In this document: piece by piece, positions 1 through 9,327 of the stretch | Layout: every line of letters starts with the position of its first letter | How positions within the stretch are numbered: position 1 is the first letter of the stretch | DNA from: an uncultured Gemmatimonadota bacterium | Lineage (GTDB): Bacteria; JAAXHH01 | DNA: 64,000 bases | NCBI GenBank assembly: GCA_951812955.1 | Contig: OX638340.1 | Location: 3,392,001 to 3,456,000 of the forward strand | Reading direction: 5' to 3' | The notes under the pieces: generated by a model | The model's input: only the letters and a program-made list of their open reading frames with translations | Database searches by the model: none | Told to the model about the DNA's origin: nothing | Position numbers and translations under genes: made by a program

Positions 1-899
1 GACGTGCACCGTTCCCCGTTCAGGCTGTAGATCATGAATACCGTGGCGTCCAGGGCCCGGTCCAGATCCGCGTCGGCGAAGACGACCACCGGGTTCTTGC
101 CGCCCAGTTCGAAGTGCACCCGCTTGAGCGTATCCGCGCCCTGCCGCATGATGGCGCGGCCGGTCCGCGTGTCGCCCACGAATCCGACGGCCTTGATGTC
201 CGGGTGCTCGGTGAGCGCCCGACCCGTGGTTTCGCCGATCCCGTTGACCACGTTGACCACACCCGCCGGCACGCCGGCCTCATGGACCAGTTCGGCCAGC
301 CGCATGGCCGTGACCGGGCTCCACTCCGCAGGTTTGTGTACCACCGTGCAGCCGGCCGCCAGCGCGGGCGCCATCTTCCAGGTGCTGAGCATGAAGGGCG
401 TGTTCCAGGGCGTGATGATGCCCACGGGCCCGATGGGCTGCCTCAGGGTGTAGTTCAGGTGCCCGGCCGTTGGAAGCGCGAGCCCGTCCGATGCGCTCTC
501 GGCGCGGTCCGCGAAGAACCGGAAGTTCTCGGCGGCGCGCGACGCGGCCTTGGACATGAAACGGATAGGCTGGCCCGTATCATAGGTTTCCAGCAGGGCG
601 ATCTCTTCGCCGTGTTCCTCGATCAGGTCGGCGACCCGGTGCAGCAGCCGTTTTCGTTCCGTCCCCGGGGTGTCCCGCCAGTCTTCGAAAGCCTCCGTTG
701 CCGCACGGGCCGCGGTGTCGATCACCTCCGGTCCACCGTTCGCGACGGTGCACAGGAAGGAATTGTCGACCGGCGTGGCGTTCTCTAAGGATGCGCCTCC
801 TGCGGCTGGGACGGAGGAACCGCCGATGAGATGGCCGATGCCCTGTTCGCGGAACCGGGCGATGTGCCGCTCCGCTTTCGCCTGGTTCGGATGATTCGC
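1..899 (-). CDS. Aldehyde dehydrogenase family protein (HpaE-like). The 3' end lies outside the window. The 5' end is uncertain: no canonical in-frame start was found near the expected N-terminus.
   Basis: Manual minus-strand translation in the codon frame where low coordinate is divisible by 3 gives GPVGIITPWNTPFMLSTWK, FELGGKNPVVVF and IYSLNGERCT. These are the hallmark ALDH motifs. The N-terminal region HLIGGSSV...NATPVD aligns to HpaE-type enzymes. The ORF runs off the window start, so it is absent from the ORF track. Confidence 0.8.
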
Positions 900-913
900 C
901 GTGGCCTGGATTG

Positions 914-1669
914 CTATGATGCATCCTCCTTCAGACCGTCCACCACGTCGTTTTGCAGTGCGCCCAGGCCGTCCACCTCCAGCCGGAGCCGGTCCCCCGC
1001 GTGGATGTGGGAAATGCCCTCCGGCGTACCCGACCAGATCATGTCCCCTGGGCTCAGGGTCATGTACGCGGTGATGTACTCGATGAGTTCGGCCACGCTG
1101 TGGCGCAGGTCGCCCGACCAGCCCTCCTGGCGGAGTTCGCCGTTGACGTAAGTACGCAGGTGAACGTCCGTGGGATCGATTTCGTCCGCGGTGGTCAGGA
1201 AGGGACCCAGGGGACCGAAGGTGTCGAAACCCTTGGCCTTGATCGGCGGCCTGAAATAGTTGCTCACGAAGTCCCGTATCGTCAGGTCGTTTCCAATGGT
1301 GTAACCGCCCACGTAGTCCAGGGCGTACTCGGCCTTTACCTTGCGCGCCGGACGGCCGATCACGGCGACAAGTTCGCATTCGTAGTGCAGGTAATCGAAC
1401 TCAGGCGGGACGACGATCTTCGCACGGTGTCCGATGAAGGTCTGGGGCATCTTGTTGAACAGGATGGGCTCTTCGGGCAGGTCCAGGTTCAGTTCCTTCG
1501 CGTGCTCCGTGTATCCCAGCGCGACCCCGATGGCTTTGCTCGTATGGTCCACCGGAGGCAGGAACATGACGTCCTCCGGATCGTAAGCGACCGTGCCCAC
1601 CATGAGCTGTCCGTCTTCGTACACGGCCTCGAGTACCTGGCCGTTACAGGCGAACCGTGCAGTCTTCAT
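914..1669 (-). CDS. Fumarylacetoacetate hydrolase (FAH) family protein (2-keto-4-pentenoate hydratase / diketo-acid hydrolase-like)
   Basis: 251 aa ORF. FAH-fold signature: ...GYTIGNDLTIRDF...GKGFDTFGPLGP... Confidence 0.85.
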   Translation of the reverse strand: MKTARFACNGQVLEAVYEDGQLMVGTVAYDPEDVMFLPPVDHTSKAIGVALGYTEHAKELNLDLPEEPILFNKMPQTFIGHRAKIVVPPEFDYLHYECELVAVIGRPARKVKAEYALDYVGGYTIGNDLTIRDFVSNYFRPPIKAKGFDTFGPLGPFLTTADEIDPTDVHLRTYVNGELRQEGWSGDLRHSVAELIEYITAYMTLSPGDMIWSGTPEGISHIHAGDRLRLEVDGLGALQNDVVDGLKEDAS

Positions 1670-1681
1670 TTATACCCTCCG

Positions 1682-2551
1682 TCACACGTCATACCACGTG
1701 TCCACGCTATGCTCCAGTTCACCCGGCCGGGAATACCGCGTTTCCATGTCCCGTATCGCGCGTTCCACTTCCGTCGCGGCGGGAACGAGATCCCGCTGGC
1801 CGGCCGACAGGTCATAGACCGACCGCCCTTCCGTGGCAAGGGGACTGTCCAGGTCGATCCTCCCCGAGGGCCTGTGCTTGAGCAGGACAGTATAGGTGGC
1901 GCAGTAAAGGTCGGGGTCGTAGGCGCAAGGGGCCGCTTTCCTATTTTCGTCCACCAGGCCGAACCGCGCGGCCACCTCGCACAGGTCTTCCCACAGCGCG
2001 TACATGATGCCGGGTTGGGCGTCGCCTTTCTCCCGCTCGTGCAGGGGGCTGGCGCTCCGCGCCTTGCGTTGCGCCTCGATGAGCTGCCTTACCTGCCGGG
2101 AGGGCGTGGGAATGCCGAAGAAGGTCGATGTCTCGTCCATGAGATGGGATTCGACCGGGTCCGCTTCCCGGCGGACCAGTTCCACCAGCCGGTTGCCGAT
2201 GAGCGGTGTTTCCCCGATGAGGATGTGGCGGTCCTCCCGGTGCCGTTCCGCCCAGTCTCCGACCGCGCGCCGGGCCCACATGCCGACGGCCTTGCGGACC
2301 CCGGCGTGGGTGATTCCGTCCTGTTCGTGATAATGTTCCTTCACCCGGGCGTTTGTCAAGAACGGCAGCCGGCAGACGTCCCATTGGAGCAGGTGGGGCG
2401 TCCTGCCGCGGCCGTAGGCCAGGATGGCCAGTTGCTGCAGCAGCAGGCTCTTGCCGGTGCCCGGGAGTCCGGCCAGAAAAACCATCTTGCGGGTGTCCAC
2501 CAGGCTCCGGAGGGTCTGATACAGTCCGCTGTCCTCGGGAATCAGTAGCAT
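1682..2551 (-). CDS. P-loop NTPase (AAA_33 / gluconokinase-like kinase fold), function unknown
   Basis: Begins MLLIPEDSGLYQ... Walker A motif VFLAGLPGTGKSLL. The track ORF 1682..3439 is an Arg-rich spurious upstream extension that runs antisense through the next gene; the real start is the internal Met at 2551. Confidence 0.65.
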   Translation of the reverse strand: MLLIPEDSGLYQTLRSLVDTRKMVFLAGLPGTGKSLLLQQLAILAYGRGRTPHLLQWDVCRLPFLTNARVKEHYHEQDGITHAGVRKAVGMWARRAVGDWAERHREDRHILIGETPLIGNRLVELVRREADPVESHLMDETSTFFGIPTPSRQVRQLIEAQRKARSASPLHEREKGDAQPGIMYALWEDLCEVAARFGLVDENRKAAPCAYDPDLYCATYTVLLKHRPSGRIDLDSPLATEGRSVYDLSAGQRDLVPAATEVERAIRDMETRYSRPGELEHSVDTWYDV

Positions 2552-2577
2552 TATCCAGCCGGGTCCGCAGTCTCGGC

Positions 2578-4257
2578 CTATCCCGGCCCGTCTCCTCTCA
2601 CCCTGGGGCCTCGCTTGAACCGGTCCGCGTCCGGCATCTCGCCTACCGGGATCTCCACCACGGTCGGTCCATCTTCGGCGAACCCTTCGCGTATCGCCTC
2701 GCCCATCTCGCCGGGCGTGTGCGCCCGTAACCCCCTGGCGCCGAAGGATTCGACCAGCTTGACGAAATCGGGATTCCGCAGGTCGGACGCGATAACCCGG
2801 TTGCCGTACTGTTCCTTCTGCATCCGTTTCACGTTGCCGTAGGCATTGTCGTTGAATACGAGCGTGACCAGTCCGATGCCGTGCTGCACCGCCGTGGCCA
2901 GTTCCTGCACAGCGAACATGAACCCGCCGTCGCCGGCGATCGCCAGGACCGGTTTGTCCGGATGGGCGACCTTGACACCCAGCGCCGTGGGAAATCCCCA
3001 GCCCAGGGTGCCCTGGTAACCGGTGGATATGAAAGTATAGGGTTTGTACACCGGCATAACCTGCCGGCTTGCGTAGCCGACCTGGGTCAGCTCTTCCACG
3101 AAGATGCCGTCGTCGCCCAGTTCTTCGCGGATGACCCGGAGATAGGCGGCCTGGGGTTCCAGGGCGGCTGCGAGTTTTTCGTCTGTTTCTTTTTTTAATG
3201 CCAGCATCTCGGTTTTTAATGACGGCCGTCGCCGGTTGTGCTTCTCGACCAGGGGTATCAGCTGAGGCAGGGCGTCTTCGGTACGCGCCGTGATGGGCAG
3301 GTCCGGCATGGCGATCCGGTCGTGGGCGGCGCGATCCGCATCGATGCGGACGATGGTCAGGTCCTCGTCCACGCCCCAATTGAGTTGCGGGATCTCCATT
3401 CTGGATCCCAGGGCGAGGGCGACGTCCACCTTCGGCCACAGCCGGTGTCCCGACGGGTTGGTGATACTCAGGTAGTGGCGGCTGTCCAGCACGCCCCGTC
3501 CGGTGCGGTAGCTGATGACTGGCGCCTGGAGCAGTTCGGCGAGTTGCCGGACTTCTTCGGAAACGTTCATGGCGCCGCGGCCGACGAAGATCATGGGGTT
3601 CTCTGCGCGGCCGAGGATGCGCGCGGCCTGCGCCAGCGCTTCCGTGTCAACCGGGTCGGGCGATATGGGCAGCGGACCGGGAATGCGGTCCACCCGTCCC
3701 CCGGTCGCCAGTACGTCCCAGGGGCATTCCAGTCCCACGGGGCGCGGCCTGCCCGAATTCAGTTGCCGGATGGCCTCTGCCGTCCTGGACGGCGCCCCGG
3801 CGGTGCTGTCGATCCGGGCGGACCACTTGGTCAGGGACCGCAGCACGCCGAGCTGGTCGTTGATCTCGTGCAACTGGCCGACTCCGCGGCCGATAAACCT
3901 GGAAGGGATCTCGCCGGTCAGGCACAGGACCTTCGCGTTGGTGGCGTAGGACGTGCACAGGGCGCCGGTGCTGTTGAGAAACCCCGGTCCGGGCACCACG
4001 TTGTAGACGCCGGCACGGTCTGTCGAGAGGGCATACCCCAGGGCCATGTAGCCCGCGCCCTGTTCGTGGCGGGTGTGGATTACCCGGATATGGTCGCGGT
4101 GGTCGAAGAAGGCGTTGTAGAGCGCGTCGTTCTGCACGCCCGGCAGGCCGAAGACCGTTTCGATCCCATGGGATATCAGGGTACGGACGATCGCATCGGC
4201 GGTAGTCATTTCCTGCATGGAAGTCGAGGGAGCGGTAACGGCCGCGCGGTCGGTCAC
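2578..4257 (-). CDS. Thiamine-pyrophosphate-dependent enzyme, acetolactate-synthase-like family
   Basis: 559 aa. N-terminal pyrimidine-binding domain (ADAIVRTLISHGIETVFGLPG) and C-terminal TPP motif IAGDGGFMFAVQEL...NDNAYG. The start may be an internal Met at 4218. Overlaps the upstream gene stop by 4 nt. Confidence 0.85.
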   Translation of the reverse strand: MTDRAAVTAPSTSMQEMTTADAIVRTLISHGIETVFGLPGVQNDALYNAFFDHRDHIRVIHTRHEQGAGYMALGYALSTDRAGVYNVVPGPGFLNSTGALCTSYATNAKVLCLTGEIPSRFIGRGVGQLHEINDQLGVLRSLTKWSARIDSTAGAPSRTAEAIRQLNSGRPRPVGLECPWDVLATGGRVDRIPGPLPISPDPVDTEALAQAARILGRAENPMIFVGRGAMNVSEEVRQLAELLQAPVISYRTGRGVLDSRHYLSITNPSGHRLWPKVDVALALGSRMEIPQLNWGVDEDLTIVRIDADRAAHDRIAMPDLPITARTEDALPQLIPLVEKHNRRRPSLKTEMLALKKETDEKLAAALEPQAAYLRVIREELGDDGIFVEELTQVGYASRQVMPVYKPYTFISTGYQGTLGWGFPTALGVKVAHPDKPVLAIAGDGGFMFAVQELATAVQHGIGLVTLVFNDNAYGNVKRMQKEQYGNRVIASDLRNPDFVKLVESFGARGLRAHTPGEMGEAIREGFAEDGPTVVEIPVGEMPDADRFKRGPRVRGDGPG

Positions 4258-5225
4258 AGGTCGATCCGGTACAGGGGCTCCTGCCCCCGCGCGATCCGGT
4301 CGGTATTCTCGGCGGCCGCGGCGGCCCGGCGGCGTGATGTACCGTCCGTCACGCCGGCGATGTGGGGCGTAGCCACCACGTTCGGCAACTGGTAGACGGG
4401 CAGCGTCGAATCCGGAGGTTCCTGCGCGAACACATCGAGGCCGGCGCCACCGATCTTTCCGGCAACAAGGGCATCGTAAAGGGCCGCCTCGTCCACCAGG
4501 GCGCCCCGCGCCACGTTGATAATGCTCGCCGTCGGTTTCATGCGGCCCAGTTGCCGCGCATCGATGATATGGCGGGTTTCGTCGTTCAGGTGCAGGTGCA
4601 GGGAGAGGAAGTCGCTTTCGGCCACGACCCGGTCGAGATCGGCCGGCGTACCCATGAAGTCGGGCTGAATGTCGTCTAGCACATCGGATTCGATCTCGCG
4701 GACGTCAATACCCATGATCCGCATGCCGAAAGGCTTTGCCCTCCGCGCCAGCGCCTGGCCGCTCGCGCCGAATCCGACGATGCCCAGCGTCTGGTTTTCG
4801 AGTTCGTAGCCGAGCGGTCCGTAGAGTTGCCCCTCGCGGAAGTACTCCACCGCTTCCCGGTACCGCCTGGACAGCATGATCACGAACATCATGGCCGTTT
4901 CGGCCAGGGCGACGTCGCTGAAGAGTCCGGGCGTATTGGCCGTCGGGATGCCCTTCGTCTTGATATAGGACAGGTCGAAATTGTCGAAGCCCGTTCCCAC
5001 GATCTGCCACAGCCTGCAGTCGGTCGCGGCGTCCATCATTTCCCGCGTGCCCCGGCTGCCGCCCTGGTCGATCACCACGTCCATGCCGGCGAATTGCGGC
5101 GCCAGGGGCAGGTCGTCGTCGAGTTCCTTCAGTTCGTGCCGATCGCCGAGTGCCGCCTTGATGTTGTCGCACCATGGGGAGTAGATACGGCGCACGGGCA
5201 GCAGGATAACGTTCAGTCGATCCAT
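4254..5225 (-). CDS. D-isomer-specific 2-hydroxyacid dehydrogenase, NAD-binding
   Basis: 323 aa. Rossmann motif GIVGFGASGQALARRA and a catalytic region typical of the D-2-HADH family. Confidence 0.85.
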   Translation of the reverse strand: MDRLNVILLPVRRIYSPWCDNIKAALGDRHELKELDDDLPLAPQFAGMDVVIDQGGSRGTREMMDAATDCRLWQIVGTGFDNFDLSYIKTKGIPTANTPGLFSDVALAETAMMFVIMLSRRYREAVEYFREGQLYGPLGYELENQTLGIVGFGASGQALARRAKPFGMRIMGIDVREIESDVLDDIQPDFMGTPADLDRVVAESDFLSLHLHLNDETRHIIDARQLGRMKPTASIINVARGALVDEAALYDALVAGKIGGAGLDVFAQEPPDSTLPVYQLPNVVATPHIAGVTDGTSRRRAAAAAENTDRIARGQEPLYRIDL

Positions 5226-5234
5226 GTGAATTCC

Positions 5235-6107
5235 TCAATCCCCTTCTGGCTGATTTTCGATCAGGTCATCCACCGCCGCCGTATCCTGCACGTCGGTCCG
5301 GAACACCCAGGTGCCGTTCTTCACGTAATGTACCGCGAAAGCCAGGCGGGACCGGGTACGGGAACGGTTGGCGTAGGACCCGTGCACGGTCCTGCTGGTA
5401 AAGAACACGCCGCTGCCGCGGGGGACCGTCAACCGGACGAGGTCTTTTTCTTCTATGCCCACGACGTCGAAGGAGTAGAGTTTCTCGGTCCATTCGCGGC
5501 CGTCCGGCGAGCGCATGCCGTATTCACTCTCCCAGCTTACGTGCTCCGGATTGGTGTTCAGGCTCGTTTCGCGCAGGGCGTCCTTGTGGCTCCCCGGCGC
5601 CACGCACAGTCCGCCGTTCTCCGGGTCCGTATCGCTCATGGCGATCCAGCAGGCCATGAGGGTATCGGGTTCGTTGGGCAGGTAGTGGGAGTCCTGGTGA
5701 AGGGATATGCCGGCATCGCCCAGTTCTTCGCCCGGCCCGGCCGGTTGCTTGGCCATGTACATGGACTGCACGATGCGTGGCCGTCCGCCCAGGATCTGCG
5801 CGGCGACTCCCGCGACGTTCGGATGGGTGGCGAGTCCGCGCCAGTACGGATCGGATAGATGGGTACGGAGCCCTTGCCTCAGGGATTCTGCTTCCGGATC
5901 CGCCTGGTGACGCAGGAACGCTTCCACCTCGTCCGCAGACAGCAGGTCCGGGACGACGAGATAGCCATCCGCGTGAAACTGTTCGAGCTGCGTATCCTTA
6001 AGCTGGATGGGGGTGGTTTCCTTCGGCATGTTCGGCGGGACCTCACTGGATTCGAACGAAGGGATTGGGTCCGGGGAACTACATGCGCATGAGTCTGAAA
6101 CAATCAA
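5235..6107 (-). CDS. Phytanoyl-CoA dioxygenase (PhyH) family Fe(II)/2-oxoglutarate dioxygenase, paralog 1
   Basis: PhyH-like N-terminus (EQFHADGYLVVPDLLS) and an HxD iron motif (HQDSHY). The likely start is the internal Met at 6029. Confidence 0.8.
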   Translation of the reverse strand: MIVSDSCACSSPDPIPSFESSEVPPNMPKETTPIQLKDTQLEQFHADGYLVVPDLLSADEVEAFLRHQADPEAESLRQGLRTHLSDPYWRGLATHPNVAGVAAQILGGRPRIVQSMYMAKQPAGPGEELGDAGISLHQDSHYLPNEPDTLMACWIAMSDTDPENGGLCVAPGSHKDALRETSLNTNPEHVSWESEYGMRSPDGREWTEKLYSFDVVGIEEKDLVRLTVPRGSGVFFTSRTVHGSYANRSRTRSRLAFAVHYVKNGTWVFRTDVQDTAAVDDLIENQPEGD

Positions 6108-6179
6108 CTAAAGAAAACGGCCCGGAGAAGGCCGGTCAAGGAGTATGTCCCGGCCAGCCACCGCCGCGAATGCCGGACG

Positions 6180-7229
6180 CTACAACTGGTTGAGCAGCAT
6201 CAGTTCGCCGGGAAAGGGATGGAGGTAGGTCTGGTCTTTCAAGTAGGCGATGTCGAATTCGCGGACGTAGTGCCGCAGCATGACGACCGGGACGATCAGC
6301 GGGAGCAATTCCTCCCGGTAATTCTGAATCATGCGGGTCAGTTCCCGCCGGGTACGGCTGTCGAGCCGGTCGGAAACGTAGCCCGCCATGTGTTGCAACA
6401 CGTTGGTGTGGTTCCGCCGTGACGGGGTTCGTTTCATGACCGAGTTGAATTCGTCCAGGTAGGCATTCGCCAGGGCCTGGGTGGTCGCAAATCGTTCCGG
6501 TTTCGCCAGCAGCCGGCCGAGGCGGCGGGTGCCCTCCTGGCTGTGGGCCATGAGCAAGTACTTGTAGGCCCGGTGATATCCCATCAGCGATTCCCTGGTC
6601 AGGCCCGTAGTGACCAGTTGCAGCCAGCGGTAATAGGCGAACACCCGGCTGATGAAGTTCTCCCGGATCCTGAGGTTGTGCAACCGCTGCTCTTCTTCCA
6701 CCGGCAGATGGGGGAGGACTTCCATCAACCGGCGGGCGAATATGCCCCGCCCTTTTTTAAGTGTGGCGCCATCGGGCTGGACGACGGGTACGCGCTCCTT
6801 GCCGCAGGAGGGGGATCGGCTTTTCAGGATGTATCCGCTGAGCCTGGCCTGCTCCAGGGTCTGAACACGCTGCCGGGCGAACCAGTCCACCACGTCCGTG
6901 TGGTCGACGCCCGCCTTGGTCAGCATCCGGATGTCGCCGTCGACCCGCGTCAGCTGCACCGTCTCCCGCGGCATGCCCATGCCCGCCTCCACTTCCGGAC
7001 ATACCGGGACCCACTCCACGTACCGGCCGACCACGTCCACCAGGTAGTCGTCCCGTTTGTGCCCGCCGTCGTAGCGGACTCTCTCGCCGAGCAGGCAGGA
7101 GGAGATACCGATGCGCACGGGCAATTCGGCCCGGTGAATATCCAGCAGGGGTATTTCGCTCGAGGAAGTCCCGCCAAATACCGATTCGCTCATGATTCGT
7201 CCATTATGCTCTTCGCATTGCGGTTTCAC
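6180..7229 (-). CDS. DUF523 (TudS-like [4Fe-4S] desulfidase fold) fused to DUF1722 (YbgA-like)
   Basis: N-terminal GISSCLLGERVRYDGGHK...CPEV Cys pattern of DUF523, then a DUF1722-like C-terminal half. The likely start is Met at 7193. Confidence 0.7.
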   Translation of the reverse strand: MKPQCEEHNGRIMSESVFGGTSSSEIPLLDIHRAELPVRIGISSCLLGERVRYDGGHKRDDYLVDVVGRYVEWVPVCPEVEAGMGMPRETVQLTRVDGDIRMLTKAGVDHTDVVDWFARQRVQTLEQARLSGYILKSRSPSCGKERVPVVQPDGATLKKGRGIFARRLMEVLPHLPVEEEQRLHNLRIRENFISRVFAYYRWLQLVTTGLTRESLMGYHRAYKYLLMAHSQEGTRRLGRLLAKPERFATTQALANAYLDEFNSVMKRTPSRRNHTNVLQHMAGYVSDRLDSRTRRELTRMIQNYREELLPLIVPVVMLRHYVREFDIAYLKDQTYLHPFPGELMLLNQL

Positions 7230-7243
7230 TCATGATGCGCTCG

Positions 7244-7990
7244 CTACCATCGGTCGATGGCTCCGAGAAGCAGTTTCTGTTCCTTCGTTCCCTTTTCCCG
7301 TATGGCCGTCACCCGGGGTCCGTCGAAGGGTTCCCTGGACTTCATCCAGGCGTTCTGGTAGCACATGAGGCAGACACGGCGGTTCCGTTCCGACTGGTTG
7401 GCGGCCCCGCGGTGAAACAGCCAGCCGTCGAACAGGACGGCCTGTCCCGGCCTGGCCAGCACGTGTTTTTCATCGGGGAACCGGGCATGCGTCTCCGGCG
7501 GCTTGAAGGGCGCCCTGTGGCTGCCAGGCACGATGACGATAGGACCGTTCTCCATGGTCAGCTGGTCCAGGTAATATCCGCAGTTGACCTGTCCCGGCTC
7601 GTTGCCGTAAGGCGGCGGTTCCGGGTCTTTGGGCCAGGGAATGTCCCGGTGCCAGTTCTGGTCCGGCTCCCCGGGTTTAGTCACCCGCGCCGTCGCGCTG
7701 TGCAACTGCACGCAATTGCCCAGGATGGCCTTCATACGGTCCAGGACGGGCGGGTTGTCGAGGAGGAAGGCGAACCGGTCGTCTTCCTCAAGGAGTTGGT
7801 GCGTGAAGGACTCGCCGCGCCGCTGGTAGGTCTCGTCCAGGGCGTCCCGGAGCTGTTCGACCTGCGGGACGGTCAACGCGTCCTCCACCACGAGATAGCC
7901 CCACTTCCTGAAGAAGGCGGCTTCCCGTTCCAGTTCCGGCGTCAGGTCCGGATTCATCCGCGGACCGACGATTTCGGCGTCATATCCCAT
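7244..7990 (-). CDS. PhyH-family Fe(II)/2-oxoglutarate dioxygenase, paralog 2
   Basis: 248 aa. WGYLVVEDAL... and a WHRD iron-binding motif. Confidence 0.8.
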   Translation of the reverse strand: MGYDAEIVGPRMNPDLTPELEREAAFFRKWGYLVVEDALTVPQVEQLRDALDETYQRRGESFTHQLLEEDDRFAFLLDNPPVLDRMKAILGNCVQLHSATARVTKPGEPDQNWHRDIPWPKDPEPPPYGNEPGQVNCGYYLDQLTMENGPIVIVPGSHRAPFKPPETHARFPDEKHVLARPGQAVLFDGWLFHRGAANQSERNRRVCLMCYQNAWMKSREPFDGPRVTAIREKGTKEQKLLLGAIDRW

Positions 7991-8064
7991 AGGTATCCCT
8001 GGTCGGTCGCGCGCCTGCTGGCCGGCACGACCTCCGGCACGCTACACGCCGTCCGCTCGCGACA

Positions 8065-9189
8065 TCAGAAGAAGCCGAGGTCTTCCCGGGCCGCCCGACG
8101 GGCCGTCTCCTCGTCCAGCGTCACACCCAGGCCCGGCTTCATGGGCAGGTCGATGTGCCCGTTCCGGATCAGGTCTCTTTCCACCGTCAGCGTATTCCAA
8201 ACTTCGTTGTCCAGGTGATGGAATTCGAGCACCTGGAAGTTGGGCACCGCCGCGCACAGGTGACACACGGCCACCGTGCCGATGGGTCCACAGATGTTGT
8301 GGGGCGACAGGGGGATGTAGTACATGTCCGCCAGGTCGGCGATTTTCCGGCCCTCGAGCAGTCCACCCGCCTTGGCGTGATCGGGCGAGATGATGTCCGC
8401 CGCCTGCGCCTCGATGAGGTCCCGGAATCCGTGGCGCGTGTAGAAGTTCTCCCCGGTGCAGATGGGGACGCGGGTAGCCTGGGTCACTTTCGCCATGGCC
8501 TCGATGTTCTCCGGCGGCACGGGATCCTCCAGCCACATCAGGTCCAGGTCCTCGCAGGCGTAAGCCACCTTGAGTATGTCCACCGGGGCGTAATTCCAGT
8601 GGGCGTCGATGAGCAGGTCGGTATTGGGGTTCAGCGAATCCCGAAGTGCGGTGATGACGTCAATGAAGAAGGCCACGTCGTCGTTGCTGATGGTCCGGTT
8701 GTACCGGTCCCGCCGGTTCGGCCGCGGATCGATGTCGAACTTGATGGCGTCGAAGCCGCGTGCTTCAACGGCCCGGGCTTTCTCCACATAGGCTTCCGGC
8801 GTCTCGTCATCCCCTGCGTGGCAGTCGTTGTAAACGCGGATGCGGTCCCTGAACTTGCCGCCGAGCAGTTGCCAGATGGGCACGCCGCAGGCCTGTCCCG
8901 TGATGTCCCACAGGGCCATTTCAATCCCGCTGATGGCGCTCATGACCGCGCCCTGGTAGAAACCGGACGCCGACATGGAAGACATCATGTCGTGGAAGAG
9001 CTTGTCCACGTTCCGCGGGTCCTGGCCGATGAGCGCCCGGTCCCGCAGCCTCGGGTCGGTGACGATCTGGTGGACCCCGGCGCCGTGATAGGCTTCGCCG
9101 ATGCCGACCAGCCCCTCGTCGGTTTTGACTTTTACCAGTACCCAGGGCATGGGCTGGAGCAGCACGGCCCCCACGTGTGTGATTTTCAT
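8065..9189 (-). CDS. Enolase-superfamily (mandelate racemase / muconate lactonising enzyme) sugar-acid dehydratase-like protein
   Basis: Starts MKITHVG..., then GIGEAYHG, ALWDI, PIWQLLGG and KFDIDP. The pattern resembles D-mannonate/galactonate dehydratases. The track ORF extends 28 aa further upstream to 9273. Confidence 0.8.
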   Translation of the reverse strand: MKITHVGAVLLQPMPWVLVKVKTDEGLVGIGEAYHGAGVHQIVTDPRLRDRALIGQDPRNVDKLFHDMMSSMSASGFYQGAVMSAISGIEMALWDITGQACGVPIWQLLGGKFRDRIRVYNDCHAGDDETPEAYVEKARAVEARGFDAIKFDIDPRPNRRDRYNRTISNDDVAFFIDVITALRDSLNPNTDLLIDAHWNYAPVDILKVAYACEDLDLMWLEDPVPPENIEAMAKVTQATRVPICTGENFYTRHGFRDLIEAQAADIISPDHAKAGGLLEGRKIADLADMYYIPLSPHNICGPIGTVAVCHLCAAVPNFQVLEFHHLDNEVWNTLTVERDLIRNGHIDLPMKPGLGVTLDEETARRAAREDLGFF

Positions 9190-9327
9190 TTGGACTCCAT
9201 GACTGCCTGACTGCCGGACAATGGGTTCCCACGCTTCGCCCGCCCGATCCTCAAAGGTGCGAACGCGGTACACTAAAGACGCAAGCGCGGTACACTACAG
9301 CACGAGCGCGGTACATTCAGTAACCGA

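Noticed and set aside
953-2548. 531-aa plus-strand ORF
   Set aside because: It runs antisense through the FAH and P-loop genes and is Arg/Gly/Pro-rich with no recognisable motifs. This is the usual long spurious ORF of high-GC DNA.
1682-3439. 585-aa minus-strand ORF in the track
   Set aside because: Only the C-terminal 290 aa (from Met at 2551) form a coherent P-loop protein. The upstream part is Arg-rich and overlaps the TPP-enzyme gene in another frame.
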